Assembly: GCA_032718475.1 (NCBI GenBank)
Contig: JAUCBJ010007407.1
Coordinates: 1 to 64,000 of the forward strand
DNA length: 64,000 nt
From: Nemertoderma westbladi
Taxonomy: Eukaryota; Animalia; Xenacoelomorpha
Direction: 5' to 3'
This document shows positions 1-10,000 of the stretch, one piece after another (position 1 is the stretch's first letter; every line of letters begins with the position of its first letter). The notes below the pieces were generated by a model. That model searched no databases, was not told the DNA's origin, and saw only the letters and a program-made list of their open reading frames with translations. The position numbers and the translations under genes are program-made.

Positions 1-346
1 AAGGAAAAGGTGAGAAGTGATTATCTAATAATAACAGACAAAATCCGATTATTATACATACTCCTCCAGTCCTCCTTTTAACAAAGCCGCATTCAACTAA
101 CTCCCTTATTACGAATTAGCCTGTGCTGTATCAATGCCTCAGTGGGTGGTCTTTACTACAACTGAAAGGCCCGACTCAGCTCCAGGTAAGTTAACAATCT
201 GTCAATAATAAAAATGAAAGCGAGCCGACATTTACTCAGAGCAACCAAATGGATGTCCAAGGAGACGGGCTGTCTGGACTTGACTGAGTCGAGTTAAATC
301 GCTTCGCCAAAACGACCAAGTAGCCTATAGGAATACACTACATTTT

Positions 347-733
347 TTTGGCGATTTTGGTCATTTTGGCCGCCAAAACGACCAAGTTAATGTTTATTGG
401 GATTGGGACTGTACATTGTAAAAAAAATATTTAAAAAAATTTTATTATAAAAAAAAATATTATTGAAATTAATTTCCGAAATTAACATCCCGAAATTAAT
501 TTATGGACGTCCATTAATTAGTTTATTTCATTACGATTCTGATTGGTTGATAGATTAATTTCGGGACGTCCATAAATTAATTTCGGGACGTCAATAAATT
601 AATTTCGGGACGTCCATAAGTTAATTTCGGGACGTCCATAAGTTATTTTCGGGACGTCCATATGGTATACAGTCCCAATCCCAATAAACATTAACTTTGT
701 CATTTTGGCGGCCAAAATTACCAAAATGGCCAA
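347..733. mobile_element. Palindromic MITE/foldback-like element: ~66-bp inverted arms around a 22-bp tandem array
   Basis: 347-412 (ttggcgattttggtcattttggccgccaaaacgaccaagttaatgtttattgggattgggactgta) is the near-perfect reverse complement of 668-733. The interior has about 5 copies of aattaatttcgggacgtccat (555-661) and inverted copies (470-515). No TSD identified. Confidence 0.6.
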
Positions 734-924
734 GTAAAAACTGCGGTATTCATGAAAGGAACTGCTGAGGCACGTTGGCTTGTCAATCACAGCCAGTGAA
801 TACAGGCTGAGTGTAAGTAAAGCCCAGCATGATGGCGCTGATGTAGAGTTCTCTATACCTTTAGGTAGAGAGAAAGGCTCCAGTGTAGTAATGGCTGGGC
901 TCGCCACTGTAGTAAACATGCCTG

Positions 925-1102
925 TAGATACTAGGCTCTGTTCCTCGCCAGTAGTCGTTTGTGTATTGTATCTGTTTGTTTAGATATCCTGGACTGGGAT
1001 TTGTTGTCAGATACTGTACAAGCCCGTATACATTACTAGAGTCTCATAGTAAGATACATCATTACTAGGATCTGGTAAGCGGTATACTACTGGACCCTTA
1101 CA
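925..1102 (+). repeat. Remnant (3' end) of the 5' LTR of element A
   Basis: Direct repeat of 18229-18406, ending ...ggacccttaCA. Confidence 0.93.
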
Positions 1103-1112
1103 GTAGGAAGTA
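1103..1112 (+). promoter_or_regulatory. Primer-binding-site position of element A, non-canonical (GTAGGAAGTA, no TGG)
   Basis: Directly follows the LTR-terminal CA. It is the exact reverse complement of LTR sequence tacttcctac (17131-17140). Element B also starts GTAGGAA at this position. Confidence 0.6.
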
Positions 1113-2116
1113 TTTTATATAAATTAGTATATAGTACTTCTATCATAGTGTATAGTATTCCTACCTTACAGTAGGAAGTATATTATACAAATTCTGAGAT
1201 TAGCGTATAGTATAGTTTAGAATTGTTAGCTATTGAAAGTAGGAGATATTTAAAATCTAAGGTTAGTAAATTTAGTAATTTAGAACGTCCCCTGCTTCAG
1301 TAGGCTTTTAGGGTAGCTAGTACTTTCGTATTTAATATTTGACTAGCTAACAGTTAGTTTGTAGCACTTTGTTTTACGCCGTGTGTGTGCGGTGTTACTT
1401 TTCGGTACTTGAAAAGGTACATAGGGTTTAAAGACCAATTTGTATCGGTACCTAGGAAGATTTTTCGTAAGCGTAGAAGTAAAACTCTCACCTTCGACCT
1501 TTTCAGGACTCAAGGACTCATTTCTGGACCGCTTCGAGGATTAGACCGCTTTTCGCAAAGTTTGGGAGACAATAAATTCGTCCGCGCCGCCGAAAAACGG
1601 AAAGACCCACGTCCGGTTTGTATTTGGGAATTTGTACGACTGGAAGATCAAAGGAACGTAAGTTTTACGACTCGCGTCGTTCAAACTTAAGAAAGCACAG
1701 TAGTACTCAAAATTTGTGGGTTTCACTGTCTATTAGTAGTGTTGTTGGTACTTATTTTCCTGTTAGACGTTGCTGTTTGGCCTATTGTTTATACTTGTTG
1801 ATCTATATTTTGTTAACGTATACCGTTATCTCATTTATTCGTACAAATTTAGCCGGTAGGCTAGATTACTACTTATTTTATTATATACCTTGTTAGTTTA
1901 TTTGTACCGGTTAGGGTATATATATGATATATATATATATCAAGGTAAGTTTGACATTTGTACATTTTGACATTTTGACATTTCGACATTCTGACTTGTT
2001 GATTTATTTGTACCGGTTAGGGTATATATGTACTATATATACCAAGGTAAGTTTGACACTTCAACATTCAGACACTTTGACATTTTATTACCCTTAATTG
2101 ACGTATATAATAAGAC

Positions 2117-4495
2117 ATGAGTGACACACCCCATTCGACGAGATACCCACCTACCGACTATGACTCGTGCGACCCGGACAGATCGACAGTAGACGAACCG
2201 AGAAGGAGAACCCGAGATTCCACCGATGTCACACCGCTTGCGTCGCCGGTACCCCGAACGGAAATACCGGAAGCCGCAACGCGTGGCGACGGCAGAATCG
2301 AAGATTTCCTTACCGTCCCGCAGACTAGATCGCGGGAACCGGACATGGTAAGTTCGACTGGAAGCCAGGAGAACGTTATTAGAAGTATAGGAGGACACAT
2401 GGCCCAGATTACTCGGAACCTCGGAGAAGGTTTTCGCGTTTTACGCGAGTTAACCGCCCCGATGTCGAGATACGAGTTCTACACCTTACAGGTAAGGATA
2501 GAAGGTAGGGTACATGCCTCCGTAGATAAACTTAAAGGTTTGCACGAACTTGCAGAGTTGCGTGGCGACAACTTTACTCAGGTAAAGATAGTAGATAAAT
2601 TGGTAAGTGCGAGAGAAAGCCTTATCCAGTTTAAGTCGGTGATAAGATTGGCTCAACAGGAGCAGTTCGACCAACTGCTAGGTGAGTCAGTTTCGGACGC
2701 GTTGTTACAACCCGAAGAGGAAGAAGAACTCTACTGCCTGGACGGAAGGTTGGAAACGCTGACCAATTTTCTTCGTAGATGCGGCGTACCGATCGACGAA
2801 CCGGAAGTCGAACCGCGAGGGACAACGAAAGTTCTCACTACGGAAGGCTCGCGAGCCTACCAACATCCACCACTGGATAGATCGTTCGTTAGCGTACGGA
2901 GCGACGTTGGCAACGTTGGCGACATTAGTAGAACAGCGTCTGGAATTACTCGACAACAACAGGAGGTTGCACGCCGACAACAAGTCGCCGAGGAAGAAGC
3001 GCGACACCAGATGGCACAGATCGCCATCGAAGGAGAGAAACAACATAGAGAGGACGAGGCAAGAATTGCACAACTCAAGGCGCAAGCCGAATTCGAAGCT
3101 TCGGAGATGCGCAGATTGGAGGAGGACTTAGTGCGAGAAGCGGCAGCCGACGAGTTAGCACGACAGGCGGCAGCTGACGTGTTAGCACGACAGGCGGCAG
3201 CTGACGAGTTAGCACGGAAGAAAGCAGCATCCGACGCTCGTGCCAAGTTGGAGGCGCGGCAAATAAACGCTCGATTAGCTATACAGGAAGCTGAGTTAGC
3301 GGCACAACAACAGGATGCAGATCGAAGCGAAAGGGAGATGCAACTACAGTTCGAATTGAATCGTAGATCGCGCGAGACAGCGAACGCGCAAGCGGACCTC
3401 GAACTCGACGCGAGAGATAGATCTATAAGATCGCGAACTGGACACAACTTGTCTGCCCTGGATCGTATGGAAGCTCGATATTGCGGAATACAGAAGCGGA
3501 TCGAGGAAGGAAGCGTGGGAGCGATAGATCGAGGAGAGGAGTTCGTCGAGGATTACTGTAAACGTTTTCCCCAAGTTATTCCTATGCTCAAACCCACGAC
3601 TCCGATAAAACCGGTCTTTGTTACGAAACCTAAGGAAATAACGCCTGTGCGTTCGACGCAAGGCAACAGGTTTGTTGTGACGGAAATACCGCAACCTAGG
3701 GCGACTTCATCGCCAATCTTAGCAGGTAACGTAACTAGTCCACCTACAGTAAGTCGTAGTCTACTTGTAGGAAGAGAGGAACCTGCGTTTATGACCATTA
3801 AACAGGTGAGTAAACCATTACAAGTTAAACCTGTGACGTGCTGTGCAAATCCAGTTATTTACAGACCGACTACGAAACCCGACTATTTCACTCGACCGTT
3901 GACACAATGTTCGACGCAACCTACGACTTCGTGGAAGGCTTGCGAGCCTACCGAACTACGGAGGAGGATGGATGTGGGTAGTACCCACGGGATCGGACAA
4001 CGTATAGCGAGACCTACGACTTCGTGGAAGGCTTGCGAGCCTACCGAACAACGGAGAGCCGTAGATTCCGGACCACAACGGACGAAATCGAGAATAATAC
4101 GCCGGACACGAACCCGCCAACCACCTTATCCGGACGACAGCGACTCATCTAGTGACTCGGAGTCGACGGAACGGGAAATATTCCGTACTGGAGCGGCGGA
4201 AGATTATAAACGAGAGGAACGATCGACGAACCCCTATATCGACAATCCTCCACGAGAAACACCCCAACAGAAACCCACGTTGAAACCAGCGGAAACGATC
4301 AGCGCTAAACAGTTCACCGAGATGACGGACAGAATAGCTCAACTCGAAGAACGACTCGAAGCGCAACCGTCGGATCGATCACGAACCAGCGTGGAGTTGG
4401 AACAACCTAGACAACATCGACCACCGAGGAGAGAACAGGAGACTAGACGGACTCCGACACATCGAGAAGATGATCCCGTTAATAATTCCTACTGA
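2117..4495 (+). CDS. gag: Element A polyprotein part 1: Gag N-terminal extension (Ala/Glu/Gln coiled coil); ends at an in-frame TGA
   Basis: 792-aa ORF homologous to B ORF 42026-43738. In the same frame as 4553-7024 with only the TGA at 4493-4495 between them; B has a sense codon there. Confidence 0.85.
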   Translation: MSDTPHSTRYPPTDYDSCDPDRSTVDEPRRRTRDSTDVTPLASPVPRTEIPEAATRGDGRIEDFLTVPQTRSREPDMVSSTGSQENVIRSIGGHMAQITRNLGEGFRVLRELTAPMSRYEFYTLQVRIEGRVHASVDKLKGLHELAELRGDNFTQVKIVDKLVSARESLIQFKSVIRLAQQEQFDQLLGESVSDALLQPEEEEELYCLDGRLETLTNFLRRCGVPIDEPEVEPRGTTKVLTTEGSRAYQHPPLDRSFVSVRSDVGNVGDISRTASGITRQQQEVARRQQVAEEEARHQMAQIAIEGEKQHREDEARIAQLKAQAEFEASEMRRLEEDLVREAAADELARQAAADVLARQAAADELARKKAASDARAKLEARQINARLAIQEAELAAQQQDADRSEREMQLQFELNRRSRETANAQADLELDARDRSIRSRTGHNLSALDRMEARYCGIQKRIEEGSVGAIDRGEEFVEDYCKRFPQVIPMLKPTTPIKPVFVTKPKEITPVRSTQGNRFVVTEIPQPRATSSPILAGNVTSPPTVSRSLLVGREEPAFMTIKQVSKPLQVKPVTCCANPVIYRPTTKPDYFTRPLTQCSTQPTTSWKACEPTELRRRMDVGSTHGIGQRIARPTTSWKACEPTEQRRAVDSGPQRTKSRIIRRTRTRQPPYPDDSDSSSDSESTEREIFRTGAAEDYKREERSTNPYIDNPPRETPQQKPTLKPAETISAKQFTEMTDRIAQLEERLEAQPSDRSRTSVELEQPRQHRPPRREQETRRTPTHREDDPVNNSY

Positions 4496-4552
4496 CGAAC
4501 AACGCGCGGAAGGGAGCGACTGGACGACGCCGCCGAACAGGGACGCGGACAG

Positions 4553-7024
4553 TTGGACTTAGTTAGCGAGATTGCGAAATTCGCAGCTAGACACGGATTA
4601 CCGGCACAGCAACCGCCGAAGTTCTCTGGCAACGCGAAACACTGGCGCACACTGGTAGACTACGTAGAGTCCCAGATCGCTAAGTGTGCTTTCACCTCAA
4701 CGGAGAAGTTTAATTACTTGCTCCAAGTCCTGTCTGGTGAGCCGAAACGATTAGCGGAAACCTTTATCGGTGTTCCCGATGCCTTTGAGTTGGCGTACGA
4801 CCGTTTGTATTCAATTTACGGCGGTAATGTCGCCATGGCTAAATCCATCATTGAAGACCTCTGCAGAGGAGGCAACATTTCGAGACCGATCGACCTTTTA
4901 CGACTCGCGGACGAAATAAAGAACGCTATAGGGACTTTACGGTCCATTGGACAACTCGAGTACGCTAACGCACCGACGGTTCTCATTCGAATAATCGGTC
5001 GACTTCATCATCGACTACGACGAGAATGGCGACGCATCGAGTACCAGCGTGAAGAGGCCGGAGGGTTATTAAAACTCACCGATGTCTATCAACTTATTTC
5101 ACGGGAGGCCGTGATCGAGACTCGATCGAACTATACCAATCACCATATCGCGGCGGAAGGGATAGCTGTTTCTGCGCCGACTCGGACAAAACCATTTCCG
5201 ACGAACGTGAAAGCCGTTACTTACGCCACCCCTACTGAGACTTCTAAAGTTCTGACGCCTATCGGCACCACGCAGCCACGACAACAGTTGCCGGCGGACT
5301 TTGTGGGATGCTCATACTGCGAGCGGAACGGCAGAAACCATAGCGGACATAAACTACGTGGATGTCGCGCTTTTAAAGAGTTAGGGATCGAGGAGAGGAG
5401 ACTCCAAATCCGATCTCTAGATTCCTGTTGGAGATGTATGAAGCCAGGACACGTCCGGAAGGATTGCCCGAGCGACGATACATGTTCTCTGTGTGGACGT
5501 AACCATGACGCGTTGCTTCACACAACCAGTCATACTCCGACCAGACGCTTTCGACGAGAGCATCCAGATAAAGCGGCTAGATGCGACGCGCTTTATAAGG
5601 AGCGTGCGCCGCGCGAGATCCGTACCTTTTATACCGACTGTATGGATCAGTCAGGATCATCGGACGAGGATGAGGAGGAAGACGACACCTTTTACGTGCA
5701 TGCAGGTGAGGAACAGCCATCGATAACGCTCCTCACACAGAACCAATTGAAAGGGTTTAGCGTGATTCCTATAAAGATTACCGGAACCCGAGGGAGCAAG
5801 CGTATATACGCCATCTTAGACTCTGCGTCATCGCATAGTTATGTCGACGAACAAGTAGCCGACGTAGTTACGGACATGAGTCAAGGTAAGACTGCTCAGT
5901 ATACTGTAAGCAGCATGCATGGTAAGAGAGCGATCCCTGTGACAAGAGTAAAACTAACCTTAGACACTCTTCTTTCCAAAGCGGAACACAGCAAGGAGGA
6001 GCGCTCATTACTTCCGGTAATAAATTTGACCTTTGCAGCTACGAAGGACTTTAGTAACTTGCTCGGCCCTGTGCCAGAGCAATCACCGGAAGATCGTAAG
6101 TATTTCCGACACCTTGGAATACCGGAATGTCCTGTCAATTATCGTTCCATTGCGATGTTAATTGGGACAGACCAGTTTAACTTACATCAGGTATGGGAGA
6201 CACGCCCATCTGTTATTACAGCGGGCAACCCCTACGCATGTAGAACTCCCATAGGTTGGTATACTAGAGCACCAATACGTTCACTAGAGGTAAGTGACCA
6301 GGAGGACGACGTTTTGAGTACGTGTAGTTTATTGACTAACACGATAGATAATTCTCCTTCACACTCCTGTGGTCCAATTGTACGGACGGCACTACGACAG
6401 ACTTGCGTCACTAACGCAGACGCCACCGATACTGACGTAACCGATCTGGACACGACCATACGGACCTCTGACTTACAACTACTTGCAGTAGACCAGGTTG
6501 TATTGACTACTGAAGACCTAAGGGTTGTTGCCGTGGATGACTCGATGAACGAGGATTTTGGAAGGCTTGCGAGCCTACCGAAAAATCCGAAGGTCATTGA
6601 CCCCACCCACCAGGCTTCGACACCGGTCGTTGATTTTGGAAGGCTTGCGAGCCTACCGATAGATCAAAAGGTTGTCAAACCGCCGCACGACAATTCGACG
6701 CCGACTAGTGACACCGGAAGGCTTGCGAGCCTACCAGACACATTGACACTAGCCACCGCAGCGGACGAAGACGTGGATGAGGACCATGGCGCAGTGCAAG
6801 CAGCGCTTGACCGACTGCTGACTGAACGGACCATACAATGGTTGGAACAGGACTCAGCAGAACCCGGTAGTTACGAGACCGCTATGTCAGAACAGGAAAA
6901 ATGGTCATTAAATATTATGAGAGATACCATTCGCCAGACCGCGAATGGCCACTATGAGGTTGGTATGTTGTGGCGCAATGGACAGGACAACCTAAGTTCG
7001 TTAACAATTACCCGCTTGCTTTGA
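4553..7024 (+). CDS. gag-pro: Element A polyprotein part 2: BEL Gag core (DUF1759-like), Cys/His knuckles, aspartic protease
   Basis: PPKFSGN..HW...KFNYLLQVLSGEP core; CWRCMKPGHVRKDC and CSLCGRNH knuckles; protease ILDSASSHSY. Frameshifted to part 3 by a 5-bp duplication ggaca|ggaca at 6980-6989. Confidence 0.9.
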   Translation: MDLVSEIAKFAARHGLPAQQPPKFSGNAKHWRTLVDYVESQIAKCAFTSTEKFNYLLQVLSGEPKRLAETFIGVPDAFELAYDRLYSIYGGNVAMAKSIIEDLCRGGNISRPIDLLRLADEIKNAIGTLRSIGQLEYANAPTVLIRIIGRLHHRLRREWRRIEYQREEAGGLLKLTDVYQLISREAVIETRSNYTNHHIAAEGIAVSAPTRTKPFPTNVKAVTYATPTETSKVLTPIGTTQPRQQLPADFVGCSYCERNGRNHSGHKLRGCRAFKELGIEERRLQIRSLDSCWRCMKPGHVRKDCPSDDTCSLCGRNHDALLHTTSHTPTRRFRREHPDKAARCDALYKERAPREIRTFYTDCMDQSGSSDEDEEEDDTFYVHAGEEQPSITLLTQNQLKGFSVIPIKITGTRGSKRIYAILDSASSHSYVDEQVADVVTDMSQGKTAQYTVSSMHGKRAIPVTRVKLTLDTLLSKAEHSKEERSLLPVINLTFAATKDFSNLLGPVPEQSPEDRKYFRHLGIPECPVNYRSIAMLIGTDQFNLHQVWETRPSVITAGNPYACRTPIGWYTRAPIRSLEVSDQEDDVLSTCSLLTNTIDNSPSHSCGPIVRTALRQTCVTNADATDTDVTDLDTTIRTSDLQLLAVDQVVLTTEDLRVVAVDDSMNEDFGRLASLPKNPKVIDPTHQASTPVVDFGRLASLPIDQKVVKPPHDNSTPTSDTGRLASLPDTLTLATAADEDVDEDHGAVQAALDRLLTERTIQWLEQDSAEPGSYETAMSEQEKWSLNIMRDTIRQTANGHYEVGMLWRNGQDNLSSLTITRLL

Positions 7025-10000
7025 GGCGACTCAAATCAATAAGGCAGCGATTGTTGCGAGACGAGATGGCCCATATGCAATACAATGCACAACTTCAGAC
7101 GTATCTCCAAAAGGGATACGCCATTAGGATGTTAAATCCCGAGGTAACCTCAGACCAGACATATTACCTGCCACATCATTTTGTTCGACACCCGGACAAA
7201 CCTGGCAAGGTGCGTGTAGTCAACGACTGCGCTGCGCTTTACCAAGGGATGTCTATGAATAGCGAACTGATGGACGGGCCGAATATGAATAATTACCTCA
7301 TGGGAGTCCTAATGCGTTTTAGACAACGCAAAGTGGCTTTCACCTGTGACGTAGAGGCCATGTTTCACCAGGTTAAGGCTTTGGAGCGGGACAGGGACAG
7401 TTTGAGGTTTCTTTGGTATCCGGACGGAAACTTACAACTTCCGCCAGAAACTTACCAAATGCAGGTAAGAGTATTCGGAGCCAGGGACAGCCCCAACTGC
7501 ACCATGTACGCCTTAAAGCAGACAGCATTGGACAGACGAGACCAATTTGACCCAGAAGTAGTTCGGACCGTGGAACGAGACTTCTACGTGGATGACGGCC
7601 TCAAGAGTTGTGACACCTTGGAGCGCGCTACAACCGTAGCACACCAACTCCAGGATTGTCTCGCTGAGGGCGGATTTCACCTGACGAAGTTCGCTTCCAA
7701 CGAACCCGAACTGGTGAACTCATTTGACCCGATGGATCGCAGTGGAGGTGACTTGGACTTAGACTTAGAACCTCTGCCGACGACCAAAGTATTAGGACTT
7801 AGTTGGGACCCTAACACCGACAATTTTAGGGTACGTGTAAGGTCCAACGATCGGACTAGACCTCTCACTAAGAGAACTTGCTTATCGACCATGAGTCGAT
7901 TGTATGACCCATTGTGTTTCATTAGTCCAGTGATCCTACATGCCAGGATCATACTCCGCAGCATTTGGCAAGCCGGACTGGAATGGGACGATCCCATCCC
8001 AGAAAAGTTAGCTGAGCGATGGAGGGACTGGGAAGCCCAACTGACGTTCCTACAAGACTATACCATACCAAGGGTATACTTTCCTTTGCAAACCACCTTT
8101 CCTGCTGATTTAGAGCTTCACAGCTTTAGTGACGCTAGCAAGGATGGATTGGGGGTTACTTTATACCTTAGACGACAAGTGACATCGGACAGCTACGATG
8201 TATCTCTCGTTACTTCAAGGGCTAGAACAATGCCATTGAAGTATATGACTGTACCTCGTGGGGAGCTGCAAGCCGGGACGATATCCACCGATATTGTCAG
8301 TCTAGTTCAACGCGAGCTGGAGGCTAACTTGAAGGTCACATATTGGACGGATGCGACGTTGGTACTTTGGTACATAAACAACGAAACATTCGAGTTCAAG
8401 ACTTTCGTAGCCAACAGACGGGCTGAAATATTAGACCGGTCGCTCAAACAAGATTGGCGTCACTGTCCAGGGAAGCTGAACCCAGCTGACATCGCGTCAC
8501 GGGGGATGCAACCACTTGACTTTTGTAAACCGGACAATAAATCCTTTTGGTTTAGAGGACCCGATTTCCTACAGCGACCATCAGACGAATGGCCACCGTT
8601 ATTCGACGCGACAACCAACACCATACCAGAGGGTGCCGAGATAAAACTCGACAAGGTTGTCAAGTCTAAAGCGAAAGCCAACGCCAAGGTCAAGAGGAAA
8701 AAAGGACGGACGAAATCTGATGACCTGGATGCCAGACCTGACATTACGCCAGACGTCTCGCCAGACACTCGACCAGACGCTTGTACAAATCCTTCGCCGG
8801 ATGTTCCGCGGGAGATTTCACCAGACGTTTCGCCGGATTGTTCACCAGATTACTCGCCAGACTATTCACCAGAAGAGACACCAGATTGTTCTCCGGATTG
8901 TTCGCCAGATTGTTTGATGGAACTCTCGACAGAATGTCTACCGGACGTCTCACCAGACTGTTCACCAGACATCTCGACAGACTGTCCACCAGACTGTCCA
9001 CCAGACTTTAGACCAGACTTTCTGACAGAAGTTACGCTAGACAGACTTTGGGACCGACGACAGGACATTTCGCCGGATGTTCCGCGCTATGTCTCACCAG
9101 ACGTCTCACCAGACTGTTCACCAGACGCTTCACCAGACTGTCTACTAGACACTCCATTAGAAGACCCATTGGAGCGGACTTTTAGAGACGTACCGAATTT
9201 GACTTCTTTGGACGACAGAGGTGTGGCCACAGGGATTACACTCCGCTCGAAGAAGGTACTTGACTTACCTACAGGTAAACGTGTGACTAAGGTTAGGAAG
9301 CTTACAGGCTCACAGGAACACACTGACACTGTAGAGTTGAAACCATTACTGCCAGTCGACACATTAGGTGCGGACGGTAAAGGTAAGACCGTAGAGATTG
9401 ACGTACTTGGGGATTCAGACAAACCTACGGGAAGGCCCGTGGGCCTACCAAGTCCAGACAAGTATCCACACTACGACTACACCTTACCTGATGACGTCAC
9501 CAACACTTACGTTGACAGGATAGTGAACCTAACTAGATCATGGACTGACGCGTGCCGCAAGTTAGCATGGCTCAAACGATTGAGACAATATGCCAGAGGC
9601 AAACGCGACTTTCCTAGAAGACTTACCTTAAAGGAAATTGGCCACTGTGAAGTTGATATCATTCGACATTATCAATTGCGATATTTCGCACGAGAGTTCA
9701 CAGCGATCAAACAAGGTAAACAGATTAAGTCTTCACCGATTTTGAGTTGGAGTCCGATTATTTACCGGGGCTTACTTTGTCACAAGTCCAGACTACAAAA
9801 CATCGACTTTGCACTTGACTTTAGGTATCCTATCATCATACCGCAACACCATGAGTTACAGCGCGCTATGATACTGGACGCACATGTACAACTCAAACAC
9901 GTAGGTAGACACCACTGTCTATCACACTTACGCTCGAGGTTTGTACTGATTAGACCTAGTAAGGCACTGAGTTCGGTAACACGGAACTGTATTATTTGTA

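Noticed and set aside
2857-3447. Antisense ORFs over gag/pol (also 19230-19886, 9780-10274, 43189-43665 and others)
   Set aside because: Shadow ORFs of long coding frames and repeats; no independent motifs.
4493-4495. Programmed stop-codon readthrough (TGA-C) between the gag extension and gag core of A
   Set aside because: B has a sense codon at the aligned position (YQR) and its own stops elsewhere; BEL/Pao normally has a single ORF. More likely a point mutation.
6560-6735. CRISPR-like array (20-nt palindromic repeat with 58-nt spacers; also 42215-42402)
   Set aside because: The spacers are related to each other (78- and 84-bp tandem duplications inside an ORF), the context is eukaryotic and there are no cas genes. 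Reported instead as the dispersed hairpin motif.
6970-7024. Programmed gag/pol ribosomal frameshift
   Set aside because: Explained by a 5-bp duplication (ggaca ggaca, 6980-6989); removing it gives WRNGQPKF, matching the continuous frame in B. No slippery heptamer.
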